A DNA stretch of 64,000 nt from Candidatus Bathyarchaeota archaeon (GTDB lineage Archaea; Thermoproteota; Bathyarchaeia; Bathyarchaeales; DTEX01): the NCBI GenBank assembly GCA_025059045.1, contig JANXEA010000011.1, forward strand, positions 11,438-75,437, in the 5' to 3' direction. The notes beneath the pieces are model-generated. The model was not told where the DNA came from, did not search any database, and saw only the letters and a program-made list of their open reading frames with translations. The stretch's first letter is position 1. The number at the start of each line of letters is the position of its first letter. Shown here piece after piece: positions 1 through 9,352 of this stretch. The translations under genes and the position numbers were made by a program.

Positions 1-338
1 TCACGCCTAACGTAAAGTGGCTGCAGCTCTTCCAAAATTTTCTCGCTAAGATGCTTCATCCTTTTTTCAATCCTAAGCCTTTCAGCTTCAACCGCCTCAA
101 CAGGAGACTTGGGATAATACCTCTTAGGTCTCTCAGAGCGACTTTCAACCCAGCCCTTTCTCTCAAGCGAATTAAGAACCTCATATATCTTTGAGTAAGG
201 TATATTGGCGTCTTTACTGATTTGCCCGGCAGTTGTCGCTCCCACTCTTAAAAGATTGATGTAGGCCCTAATTTCATATTCCGTCAACCCTAGACCACTT
301 AAGATTTCTTTTGCTACATTGCTAATTTCTTCGGCCAC
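1..338 (-). CDS. TrmB-family winged-helix transcriptional regulator, N-terminal part only (gene runs off the left edge)
   Basis: Absent from the ORF track because it is open at the window edge. Reverse-strand translation from GTG at 338 gives VAEEISNVAKEILSGLGLTEYEIRAYINLLRVGATTAGQISKDANIPYSKIYEVLNSLERKGWVESRSERPKRYYPKSP... This is the typical TrmB N-terminal HTH pattern (GL..YE...Y..LL......I......YS.IY.VL.SLE.KG.V). Confidence 0.7.
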   Translation of the reverse strand, partial: MAEEISNVAKEILSGLGLTEYEIRAYINLLRVGATTAGQISKDANIPYSKIYEVLNSLERKGWVESRSERPKRYYPKSPVEAVEAERLRIEKRMKHLSEKILEELQPLYVRR

Positions 339-427
339 CGCAACCTTTCACCTTATGAAAAGTTTGGAAACCCTATTATAGGTAACTGGTTTAAGTAATA
401 AATATTTACACCTTAAAGTGGTGAAAT

Positions 428-1918
428 ATGAGAATACTTAAACACACGAAGAGCTTATGCCCAGAATGCCTTAAAGTTATCGATGCCATGGTTTTTGAAG
501 AGAATAATGTTGTCTACCTTAGGAAAGAGTGCCTAGACCATGGTCCATTTGAAGATGTGTACTGGTCCAATTATGAACAATTTGAACGCGCTATGACTTT
601 TGAACAGATTGGCAGTGGACTTGAGAACCCTCGGACAGAGATTAAACTTAACTGTCCCTATGATTGTGGGATATGTCCTCAACATAAATCTCACACGGTC
701 CTAGCGATAATAGATGTTACAAACCGCTGCAACCTGAGATGTCCCGTCTGCTTTGCTACTGCTGGAACTACGGGGTATGTATACGAGCCTACGAAGGAAG
801 AAATAAAAAACATGCTTGTCAACCTGAGAAGCAATAAGCCTATCCCCACAGTTGCCCTACAGTATTCCGGCGGTGAGCCGACCATAAGAGATGATCTTCC
901 AGAGCTCATCAAGATGGCGAAAGACCTAGGTATTAGACACGTGGAGGTTAATACAAATGGGCTTAAAATGGCCACAAGCGTAGACTATTGCCGTAAATTA
1001 AAGGAGGCTGGAATGAGCACAGTATACCTACAATTTGACGGTGTAACCCCGGATGTATACAAGTTTACTAGGGGCGCAGATCTATTAGAGGTAAAAAAGA
1101 GGGTTATTGAAAACTGTAGAAAAGCAGGTATTGACAGCATCGTGCTCGTGGTCACGTTAATCAAGGGGATAAATGATCAGCAGATCGGCGACATCATAAA
1201 GTTCGCTATTGACAACTTCGATGTGGTTCGATGCGTAAATGTGCAGCCAGTATCTTTCTGTGGCAGAGTACCTGAAAAGGAGAGGAAGGAAATGCGAATA
1301 ACGATTCCGGATTTCATGAGACTTGTTGAAGAACAGACTGGAGGAAAGATTAAGGCAAAGGACTTTTACCCTGTTCCCGTCGTCGTACCCGTTTCACGTG
1401 CAGTAGGAGCATTAAAGAAGAAAAGGTATGTAGAGTTCACTACTCATCCACATTGCGGAGTTGCTACCTTCGTCCTTGTCGAGAATGGAGAGATAGTACC
1501 CATAACGAGATACGCTGATGTTGATAGGTTTATGAATTCTTTGGAAAAGGTTTGGGAAGAATCATTAAAGGGTCATGACTCTAAGGCCAAAATGCGGTTA
1601 CTTACCTCAATTCGCTACATAAACTTTGGTTTCATCAGAAAATATCTTTGGCCAGTATTAAGGGATGGGAGCTATGAAGCTCTTGGTGACTTTCAAAGGA
1701 AAGTTCTTATGATATCAGCTATGCACTTCATGGATCCATACAACTTTGATCTCGAGAGAGTTCAAAGATGCTGCATACACTATGCAACACCGGATGGAAG
1801 AATAATACCCTTCTGCACAATGAACTCTATTCATAGGTATAACATTGAAAGAAGAATCGGTGTTCCCTTAGAAGAATGGAATCAAAAGCGCGGTCTTCAA
1901 GGTCAGAGAAACATATAA
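428..1918 (+). CDS. Radical SAM enzyme with N-terminal Cys-rich modules; architecture resembles the MJ0619 / GDGT-MAS (Tes) tetraether lipid synthase family
   Basis: 496-aa ORF. It has the radical-SAM CxxxCxxC motif CNLRCPVC. It also has an N-terminal CPEC...C..H and a CPYDCGICPQH auxiliary Cys cluster. Size is about 500 aa, and the N-terminus (K.TKSLCP.CLK.IDA) matches the family as I remember it. The radical SAM call is firm; the Tes-family call is from memory only. Confidence 0.6.
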   Translation: MRILKHTKSLCPECLKVIDAMVFEENNVVYLRKECLDHGPFEDVYWSNYEQFERAMTFEQIGSGLENPRTEIKLNCPYDCGICPQHKSHTVLAIIDVTNRCNLRCPVCFATAGTTGYVYEPTKEEIKNMLVNLRSNKPIPTVALQYSGGEPTIRDDLPELIKMAKDLGIRHVEVNTNGLKMATSVDYCRKLKEAGMSTVYLQFDGVTPDVYKFTRGADLLEVKKRVIENCRKAGIDSIVLVVTLIKGINDQQIGDIIKFAIDNFDVVRCVNVQPVSFCGRVPEKERKEMRITIPDFMRLVEEQTGGKIKAKDFYPVPVVVPVSRAVGALKKKRYVEFTTHPHCGVATFVLVENGEIVPITRYADVDRFMNSLEKVWEESLKGHDSKAKMRLLTSIRYINFGFIRKYLWPVLRDGSYEALGDFQRKVLMISAMHFMDPYNFDLERVQRCCIHYATPDGRIIPFCTMNSIHRYNIERRIGVPLEEWNQKRGLQGQRNI

Positions 1919-1955
1919 ATCTAACAATACGCCTCCCTTTTATGAGGCGTCAAGT

Positions 1956-2288
1956 ATGGGAGGAGGAAAAAAGAAGCCAACATTATCACAACTAGCTAAA
2001 AGTCAATTGAAAGAAGAAGCTAAAACTGACAGCAAATCTTCGAAGCGTAGTGGTCCAGCAGCTACAGAAAAAAAGACGCTTCGAATCCTTTCTCCAGATT
2101 TAGACGATAAAAGCATTATTAAAGAGATTGAAAAGATGAAAGTTCTAACCCCATATTCGGTTGCTTCCAGATTTAACATTCGGCTAAGCGTAGCCAAAGA
2201 CTTTCTGGAGGAGCTACAGCGCAAAGGTATCATAACATTTGTGTATGGAGGAGGAAACGTAAAGATCTATAGACCTGCGGTGCAATAG
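1956..2288 (+). CDS. rps25e: 30S ribosomal protein eS25 (S25e)
   Basis: 110 aa. Lys-rich N-terminus MGGGKKKPTLSQLAK, followed by a winged-helix core VLTPYSVASRFNIRLSVAKDFLEELQRKGII typical of archaeal S25e. Confidence 0.8.
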   Translation: MGGGKKKPTLSQLAKSQLKEEAKTDSKSSKRSGPAATEKKTLRILSPDLDDKSIIKEIEKMKVLTPYSVASRFNIRLSVAKDFLEELQRKGIITFVYGGGNVKIYRPAVQ

Positions 2289-2337
2289 AGACGGAAACTG
2301 AATTAAAAGATACGCGTGATCAAAAGTAGACTGATAT

Positions 2338-2784
2338 TTACTTGGACATGCTCTTCTCAAGCCTAATTTTCGTTCCACTTTTTACCTGTCGAAAAATATC
2401 TAGATTCTCAGTTACCCTGCCAATCATGTTTACTCTGCCATGCGACCTCGCGTCATTATAGAATATACAGATGGTCTTTCCCATAGGCCAATATACGATT
2501 GAACCCTTCTCTACAACAGTCTTAGCTTTCTCTTCACCAACAATTATTGGAACCTCAACGCGGACTTCGTTCTCCCATATTGCCGCTCTACCCTCAAGGG
2601 GCAGTTTTCTCGATATAGCGTCCACGGTTCTAGGAGCGAGAAAGCGTATCAATTCACCTTTTGCTTCGCCCAATCCGTTAACTACGATTCTGATGTTTAT
2701 GCGCGAGATATTATTGCTCAGCCTGCCTCCCTCAAAAGAGGGTACTTGGAAAGTTTTAATAAAGGATTCGCTATTCAAATTCAT
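2338..2784 (-). CDS. Cyclophilin-like fold protein (Cyclophil_like / PF04126-type), function unknown
   Basis: 148 aa. Pattern ...GELIRFLAPRTVDAISRKLPLEGRAAIWENEV...GSIVYWPMGKTICIFY... matches the conserved ..P.T.......LP.......WG.E.......G...YWP.G...CIFY signature as remembered. Confidence 0.55.
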   Translation of the reverse strand: MNLNSESFIKTFQVPSFEGGRLSNNISRINIRIVVNGLGEAKGELIRFLAPRTVDAISRKLPLEGRAAIWENEVRVEVPIIVGEEKAKTVVEKGSIVYWPMGKTICIFYNDARSHGRVNMIGRVTENLDIFRQVKSGTKIRLEKSMSK

Positions 2785-3005
2785 TGATTAACATGTTTCA
2801 CGTAGAAGATATTGCAGGAAAAACGAAAGATCTGGAAAGGCAAAGAGACAAACTTGTCGATGAGTTAAAAAATCTGGAAGAAAGACGGAAAAAAGGAGAA
2901 CTAAGCGAGGAGGCATATAAGGAGAAGAGGCGAGAATTGGAGAGGCAAATTGTGGAAGTCATGGATCGTCTTGCTCAAATGCGTTTCTTTTCAGGAGAGA
3001 CATAA
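2784..3005 (+). CDS. Small charged coiled-coil protein, hypothetical
   Basis: 73-aa ORF (TTG at 2784; ATG at 2793 is an alternative start). K/E/R-rich heptad-like sequence. It starts where the divergent cyclophilin-like gene begins. No family recognised. Confidence 0.35.
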   Translation: MINMFHVEDIAGKTKDLERQRDKLVDELKNLEERRKKGELSEEAYKEKRRELERQIVEVMDRLAQMRFFSGET

Positions 3006-3075
3006 CTTCTTAGGTTAGGTTTCAATCCCTATCCTGAAAAAGGCTTTAATTATACTATAAAACCTAATTAGATTA

Positions 3076-4191
3076 ATGTCTAATCTCAGCATTTTCATCC
3101 CTGTCTATAAGGAGTCTGAACTTCTCGAACAGTTACTTAATACATTATTGTCTGACCCATTTGAAGATAAGGAAATATTCGTGATAATCGATGAACCGAC
3201 GCCCAATAGTCTCGGTTTGGAGAAAAAGTTCAGCAGTAAAGTCACCTTTATATGGAACGGAAAGAGAAAGGGAAAAGCTAACGCATTAAACGAAGTCATC
3301 GGAAAATCTAGTGGAGAGATACTCCTCTTTCTTGATTCTGATGTGATGATAAAAAATAACTCAAATGGATTCTTATCTAGAATCTACGCCGAAACTTCAA
3401 AAGCTGATATAGTTGAGGTTAAGAAGTTCGTAATAAGAGATTCAATTCTTTCAAGAATTGTAAACTATGATTATCTTGGCTTCAATTTTACAAGCTGGTT
3501 CCTCTCAAAAAAACTTGGAAAGTGTTTAGGACTTAATGGAGCTGCATTTGCAATTAGGAGAGAGACTTTCATCAAGCTCGGCGGATTTAGAAAAGTGATT
3601 CTGGAAGATTTGGATATTGGAATAAGATCGTTCAGGGAAGGCTTAGCCTACAAGTTTCTTGATGATATTGAGATTTATACAAGGGCACCTCCATCTTGGC
3701 GACAATGGTTCGAACAAAGGAAACGCTGGGGAATTGGCGGTGCATTATGGCTTAGGGAAAATCTGGGATACCTACTAAAAATAGTCAAGCAGCATCCTTC
3801 CGTAGTTCTTCCACCTCTCTTCTTCATGTTTCCGTTTCTTCCCTTCTTCCTCTTCATTCTATTCACGCCTGACGAGTTATATGTAAAGACAATTTATCTC
3901 GCGTTAATTTTCTTCTCAACCCAAACCAGCATCCTCCTCCCTCCAACAGCATTTACAGCATCATCGCTTGCCCTCTTGAAGTGCTTTATACCATTGGTTG
4001 GAAGTATCGGAGTATACTCCTCACTTTTTGGCTGGATTACGAGAAAAATGAATACAGCGTTTCATCCGGTCGAGTTTGCGGCTTTCTACCTAATCTACTC
4101 TCCGATTTGGCTACTCATAATAGTCGTTAGCATAGTGAAAGTGTATGCTAAAATCGGTGAAACTAGAATTGACTGGAAAGTTGACAATTAA
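3076..4191 (+). CDS. Family 2 glycosyltransferase with C-terminal multi-TM domain
   Basis: 371 aa. N-terminal GT-A fold (SIFIPVYKESELL, FLDSDV DxD-type motif, AFAIRRETF, QRKRW). The C-terminal third is hydrophobic helices. Confidence 0.8.
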   Translation: MSNLSIFIPVYKESELLEQLLNTLLSDPFEDKEIFVIIDEPTPNSLGLEKKFSSKVTFIWNGKRKGKANALNEVIGKSSGEILLFLDSDVMIKNNSNGFLSRIYAETSKADIVEVKKFVIRDSILSRIVNYDYLGFNFTSWFLSKKLGKCLGLNGAAFAIRRETFIKLGGFRKVILEDLDIGIRSFREGLAYKFLDDIEIYTRAPPSWRQWFEQRKRWGIGGALWLRENLGYLLKIVKQHPSVVLPPLFFMFPFLPFFLFILFTPDELYVKTIYLALIFFSTQTSILLPPTAFTASSLALLKCFIPLVGSIGVYSSLFGWITRKMNTAFHPVEFAAFYLIYSPIWLLIIVVSIVKVYAKIGETRIDWKVDN

Positions 4192-4302
4192 TTAAAATCA
4201 TTGGGGCCACTAATTTCAGAGCTCCGATAACAGAAAACTTCAAATAATCAATGCCTAGAAAATATGGGTACAATCCAAATTCAATACAGCGATGGATAAA
4301 GA

Positions 4303-4578
4303 ATGAGCGTTGAAGAAGAAAAAGGAAGATGCAGCTATCTGGACTTGCTTGTATCTACGCTTAGACAACATGAGAGAAACCTTGACAACCTAGTGAATAG
4401 ACTTGAAACAATAATAAGTGAACTTGCAGCAAAAGAGGGGGTGAATACGGCAAACGAGAACGCAAAAGAGGGAAAGAAGGAGAAGACCTCTGATCCCCCC
4501 GTCACAGTCGCATACCTAAAAATAAAATTTAATAATCTGGATGAAGCCTTAAGGGTGATCGAATCCCTGAAGGAATAA
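4303..4578 (+). CDS. Hypothetical small protein
   Basis: 91-aa ORF on the same strand as its neighbours. No recognisable motif. The antisense ORF 4335..4652 competes with it. Confidence 0.3.
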   Translation: MSVEEEKGRCSYLDLLVSTLRQHERNLDNLVNRLETIISELAAKEGVNTANENAKEGKKEKTSDPPVTVAYLKIKFNNLDEALRVIESLKE

Positions 4579-4662
4579 AGAAAATTTAATTCTTGACCGT
4601 TAAACATGTATTCTTGAGTCAGATCGTTCATAAAGCTTATAAATATATGCATATGTATCTAC

Positions 4663-4989
4663 ATGTTACCAGCAAACCTTCTCGGCGGTGACTGGATGTC
4701 TAGAAGGTCACAGATGGAAATCTATATAGACATCCTTAAGGCAGTTGCCGAGGGTAGAAGAAGACCAACCCACGTTATGTGCCGTGCAAATCTTTCATGG
4801 ACAAGACTTAAAAGGTATATTGACTTCCTCGCGAGCCAAGATCTTATACGAGAGGAAGAAGAAGAGGGAACCATAATCTTCTCATTGACACAAAAAGGGA
4901 GAGATGTAATCTCCTATTTCCGTAGGATTGAAGGGGATCTTTACAAGAGAAAGCGGATCATCCCATCAGAAGTTTACGTGCGCCCATGA
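4663..4989 (+). CDS. Winged helix-turn-helix protein (HTH_45-like)
   Basis: The sequence RRSQMEIYIDILKAVAEGRRRPTHVMCRANLSWTRLKRYIDFLASQDLI matches the archaeal small wHTH family pattern (R...EI...IL.......K..IM..ANLS......Y...L....LI). The true start may be the internal ATG near 4696. Confidence 0.6.
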   Translation: MLPANLLGGDWMSRRSQMEIYIDILKAVAEGRRRPTHVMCRANLSWTRLKRYIDFLASQDLIREEEEEGTIIFSLTQKGRDVISYFRRIEGDLYKRKRIIPSEVYVRP

Positions 4990-5502
4990 ATTATAGACAT
5001 TGCTCCCCATTTTTTTCTTGTTCATAATATGAACACTCATTAAACTATTAATGACTTGCCGCTTTACTCCTCTATCTTCTACTTTACTGCGCACGAAAAT
5101 CTAGGCAAAAATGGCGTCAAAAGATTGGCGAATTCGGCCCAGAGGCTTTGCTGGCTTATGCCCAAGGTGGAGTAAGAAACAAATCGCATAGTACATAACC
5201 ATCACTTAATCGAAGCCTTGCTCACAATACTGAGCCTTTGTAAGAAACGGACTTTGTACATTTCTAGGCTAGCGCCAAACATCTCAAGTAACTTTAACGC
5301 GTTAAACCCGTCTTGAACGTGGGATTCTGCTCTTCTATAGGATGTGTATCCACCACCTTTGTTCTCCATCTGCAAGCTGGCTGAGAAGTAGAGGAGGCTA
5401 AGCAGCTTATAGAATCAGAGTACAAGGTTTTTATCGATATGTCCGGGGTTAAGTTATTTAGGAACCTGAAGCTAATCCTTTATGGGCGCTAATGACGGAA
5501 AA

Positions 5503-5580
5503 GGGGTCGTCGGCTAGCATGGTCTAGGCTATGAGCCTCGGGCGCTCGTGACCCCGGTTCAAATCCGGGCGACCCCACCA
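5503..5580 (+). tRNA. tRNA-Pro (anticodon CGG), 3' CCA encoded
   Basis: Hand-folded cloverleaf. Acceptor stem GGGGTCG/CGACCCC. Anticodon stem TGAGC/GCTCG with loop CTCGGGC (anticodon CGG). T arm CCCGG-TTCAAAT-CCGGG. Discriminator A followed by genomic CCA. No intron. Confidence 0.9.
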
Positions 5581-5660
5581 AGCAAAAAATTTTATGCCTT
5601 ATAATTAATCAGGTAAGTTTATATCTTGGATCTATAAAATTCTGAAATCTTAAGATAAAT

Positions 5661-6599
5661 ATGGACCTATTAATTAGCATATTAGCTATCCTGACAGGCA
5701 TCATATTGATTCACATCGGATCAAAGGAGGTGGTTTTTTCCGCATTATCGCTATCAGAAAGGATTAATCTTCATAAAGCCGCAGTTGGAGCAATTTTCGT
5801 AGCTCTGGCAACGTCTCTCCCAGAATTCGTAACCTCTCTTGTTGCAGCTCTTTCAGTCTCTAGCTATATGGCGCTGGGGAATATTATTGGATCCAACATT
5901 TATAATGTTCCTCTCGTCCTCGGCATATGCGGATTGATACGAGAATTTAGAATTAAGGATAATCCAGTGAAAGATCAGTGTCTCTTCATGATCGGGATGT
6001 CAGGTATGATAACATTAATATCCTTGGTGTTTGGTGCAGTAACATGGTGGATCGCCTTAAGTTTTTTGGCAGCGTATCCCATCATTATCTTCTATCATAT
6101 TCGTAGAGGAAACGGGAGTGGCCAGACCGTAAACGGCTCTATTCGCTTGGATGCGAAGATTATTGCAGCCATTATTCTAGGCGGCGCTATACTAGCTTGC
6201 GGAAGTTACCTACTTGTTCATGGAGCGCTATCCGTTGTTAATGCCCTTGGAATAACACACTTCTATGCAGGACTGACGATACTCTCATTTGGTTGCATCA
6301 TCCCCGAATTGGCAGTTTCGGTCGCTGCTGCCATTCGAGGAGAAGAAGAAATTTCGATAGGAAATGTTATAGGCGATAACATCATAACAATGACCCTCGT
6401 CTTGGGATCGGTTGGATTGATTAGACCTTTCGTCGTTTCATTTTTTGATATTATATCTACGGTTCCCTTCATGATTCTTGTCACCCTTATTCTATATGCT
6501 ATGGCTCTTAGAAGATGCAAAGTGACGAAGGTTTGGAGCGTGTTAATGCTTGCTTTAGCCGGGATATTCCTTCTTGAAATCTCGTACAATGTTATTTAA
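5661..6599 (+). CDS. Ca2+/cation antiporter (CaCA / YrbG-type Na+/Ca2+ exchanger)
   Basis: 312 aa, about 10 TM. Two alpha-repeats: ALATSLPEFVTS...GNIIGSNIYNV and GCIIPELAVS...GNVIGDNIITM. Confidence 0.8.
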   Translation: MDLLISILAILTGIILIHIGSKEVVFSALSLSERINLHKAAVGAIFVALATSLPEFVTSLVAALSVSSYMALGNIIGSNIYNVPLVLGICGLIREFRIKDNPVKDQCLFMIGMSGMITLISLVFGAVTWWIALSFLAAYPIIIFYHIRRGNGSGQTVNGSIRLDAKIIAAIILGGAILACGSYLLVHGALSVVNALGITHFYAGLTILSFGCIIPELAVSVAAAIRGEEEISIGNVIGDNIITMTLVLGSVGLIRPFVVSFFDIISTVPFMILVTLILYAMALRRCKVTKVWSVLMLALAGIFLLEISYNVI

Positions 6600-6620
6600 G
6601 CGTGCCCTTTTTGGCTTCTC

Positions 6621-8069
6621 TTAAATTCGTTTAATATCTTCGAGTAGACCTTCTATACAATCCCTTATAGACTGTAAGAAGGGATGCCTAATCTTACGAA
6701 GGTTTTCAATACTTTCAAGTCGCTTAACCCTGAAGGATACTGGAGGATGAGGATTCATGCCGAACCATGTTCCAAGCCAGTTACCCTGTGACCTTTCCAT
6801 TTGGATCCGCCGATAGCCTATTTTCCTAAGCGCATTGGCCAAAATTTCAGGCGTGCCCAAGTTTATTGCGGACTCTAAATCCGCCCTAGCCTCAAAAAAC
6901 TTAGCTATAAAGTAAATTACGGAAATAGCTAAGAAGAAATAGAACAACCCAAAGAAGTAGAGAATGTTCCATAACCAATAAACTCTGAGAAGATACTCGG
7001 TGTTGACTAAGATAGAAAGTGCTAAGGGATCCCTCCTTTTCACGTGACTTAACTCATGCCCAACAACGGCATAGATCTCGTCCTCATCCAGTTGAACGAG
7101 TAGACCAGTCGTAATTAGAACTAAACCGAGTCTCGGAGTTGGTCCCGTCGCAGCTGCATTAGGCACTATGATGTTAGATATCATAATTTTTGGAATAGGT
7201 ATCCCGAATTTCTCAGCTACGCTCTTTACAATACTATATACATCAATAGTTCTTATCACTAAGTTTTCAGGTTTAATATAGAGACCATGCCTATGGAACA
7301 CGTCTCTAGCAACTTCATATGTGAGAGGTTGCCCCAGACTTAAGGTTCTATCGTAAATCTCTTTTTTCATCTGAAGAAACCTTTCCTTTCCGAAATTTTG
7401 TTTAACAAAAGCAAACTGTTCTGGCGAAAGATGATACTGCAAAATGTGAACATATGGGCTCGAAGGGGTTATCGTCCAATCTCCCATAGTTGCAACGATC
7501 TTGTCTGAAAACAGAACTGTCAAGAACTGTAGGACAACGAGGATCAATGGATAATATTCAATGGGTAAACCAAGAACTTCTGTGACCGTTATAAACAGGA
7601 CATAACTCATAATAATAAAGATCATGAAGAAGACAAGCATGTTCCCCAAAAAAATCCTACTTATCAGCTTTCTTCTTCTATCAACAGTTTTCTCTGGAAC
7701 CATCCTAGCCTCCGGAACCCATGCAAAGTAAATAGTTGTCTGCCGCATCTTTTCCTCGAAAAGCTGAACCGCTATAATGAGGTCATCCTTGAGTCTAGAC
7801 AAAACATCCTTTGGAACATCGCCGAAAGGAAACATTTTAACTTCGATTGGATTGCCAAATGCAACTTCAATGTCGACATACCAAAAACCATGCATGTCCA
7901 CAGCTGTAAAGGCTAGCACTTCTCGACCATTTTCAAACCAACGTCTAACATTTGTAAATCTTCGATGTAGCGGAACTAGGTACTCACGATAAATGAAAAG
8001 CAGCAGTTCACCCAGATATGCAGGAGCAATCTCCGTTCTAATCAAGAAGGAGTAAACATTTGATGCCAT
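6621..8069 (-). CDS. M48-family (HtpX-like) membrane zinc metalloprotease with a long N-terminal extension
   Basis: 482 aa. Motifs are NAAATG, HELSH (HExxH), EARAD and HPPVSFR in the C-terminal about 190 aa. These are preceded by about 140 soluble residues, hydrophobic helices and another about 110-residue segment. Confidence 0.75.
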   Translation of the reverse strand: MASNVYSFLIRTEIAPAYLGELLLFIYREYLVPLHRRFTNVRRWFENGREVLAFTAVDMHGFWYVDIEVAFGNPIEVKMFPFGDVPKDVLSRLKDDLIIAVQLFEEKMRQTTIYFAWVPEARMVPEKTVDRRRKLISRIFLGNMLVFFMIFIIMSYVLFITVTEVLGLPIEYYPLILVVLQFLTVLFSDKIVATMGDWTITPSSPYVHILQYHLSPEQFAFVKQNFGKERFLQMKKEIYDRTLSLGQPLTYEVARDVFHRHGLYIKPENLVIRTIDVYSIVKSVAEKFGIPIPKIMISNIIVPNAAATGPTPRLGLVLITTGLLVQLDEDEIYAVVGHELSHVKRRDPLALSILVNTEYLLRVYWLWNILYFFGLFYFFLAISVIYFIAKFFEARADLESAINLGTPEILANALRKIGYRRIQMERSQGNWLGTWFGMNPHPPVSFRVKRLESIENLRKIRHPFLQSIRDCIEGLLEDIKRI

Positions 8070-8275
8070 TTTTGGTCTCCATTGTTCCAGATTACTTAAG
8101 AAATCTACACTTATAAACGTGTATGCTTACACACTCAACTTCAACGGAGCATGAAATTTTCCTTTTGCGTCAAACAAGAATTAGAAGAACTTGTAACAGA
8201 GACTTTTAAAGCTTTTCGATAAACTTTTTATACGATTAGCCTAAAATCTCATAATGCAAAGTCTGGCGGTATCTT

Positions 8276-8542
8276 ATGGAACCTAGCAAGAAACCTCTTA
8301 ACATGTTAACTAGAGAGCTGAACGGTTACATTGCCATTGTGCTGAAAAATGGCGTTGAGTACAGAGGGAAAATGGTTCATTGTGACAGTTACATGAATAT
8401 AATTTTGGATGGGGCGTCTGAATACAATAACGGCAACCTGCTTGCTCACTATGGTCAAGTTCTAGTCCGAGGAAACAATATTCTATACATAATTCTAAAT
8501 GCTACACCAACGAAAGAGAATGCTTACAAACCACCAGAATAG
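8276..8542 (+). CDS. Sm-like archaeal protein (SmAP/LSm)
   Basis: Sm1/Sm2 motifs: IAIVLKNGVEYRGKMVHCDSYMNIILDGA ... VLVRGNNILYI. Confidence 0.85.
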   Translation: MEPSKKPLNMLTRELNGYIAIVLKNGVEYRGKMVHCDSYMNIILDGASEYNNGNLLAHYGQVLVRGNNILYIILNATPTKENAYKPPE

Positions 8543-8800
8543 CTAGGTGGCAACCAACATTTATTACCACAAAAAATTTAAAATGTGTGCTTCTCTCATG
8601 TTTTATTTTGGACGATGAAGAGATCGAGGTACACTGACCCATCGGAGAATGACTGCCTTTTCCCGCTTCTGAGTCCATGTATCCTAAGACGCCCTTCAAG
8701 TTTAACTTCATTTCTGCAATCAGAAACATACGAACGTTCATCAAATTTTGTGACTAACCGAAAATGGATCCCCAATTTTATTATGAGGAGTACTGGGACC

Positions 8801-9352
8801 TCAGCTTAACGCGCTTTCCCTAATCTTTTGGTACATCTTTTCCAATGTCCACCTTATCGCAGATGTAATCTCTCGCTCTCTTTGACCGTCAACATTTTTA
8901 ATAATTATTTGTTTCAACATATTTTCTTCCGCTATTATCTCAAATGAAAAAATCTTCTCTTGGGAAATTTTACCTTCACGCGCAAGTTCTTCATCTTTAT
9001 TCTTCATCTTATTCAGAATCTTGTCGACAAAAAATGATGAAAACGGAGGCGTTTTTGTATTAAATAGTTTGCTCGGATCTGGAATAATTCGCATAGATCC
9101 TTCATCAATATAGATGTTACCAAGTACTTCTCCACCGTCAGTTCTTAGTTCTACGGTTCTAGTTTTTTTCTGCAGAGCAGTAACGTGAGGCTTTGTAATC
9201 TCCTCCGCCTTCTTAAAGCTTTTCTCAACAAGAGCTTCATTGACAAATTCCAAGAGATCCCTAAGGTCATCTAACTCTGCTTCTAGATTCTTAACTCTTG
9301 ATTCCAGTTTCTCTCTTAACTCCGCAAATCTCCTAATTCTATCTTCTTCCAT
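8801..9352 (-). CDS. Hypothetical protein with N-terminal coiled coil
   Basis: 183-aa ORF with a clean start. N-terminal heptad-rich EELREKLESRVKNLEAELDDLRDLLE. No family recognised. Confidence 0.45.
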   Translation of the reverse strand: MEEDRIRRFAELREKLESRVKNLEAELDDLRDLLEFVNEALVEKSFKKAEEITKPHVTALQKKTRTVELRTDGGEVLGNIYIDEGSMRIIPDPSKLFNTKTPPFSSFFVDKILNKMKNKDEELAREGKISQEKIFSFEIIAEENMLKQIIIKNVDGQREREITSAIRWTLEKMYQKIRESALS

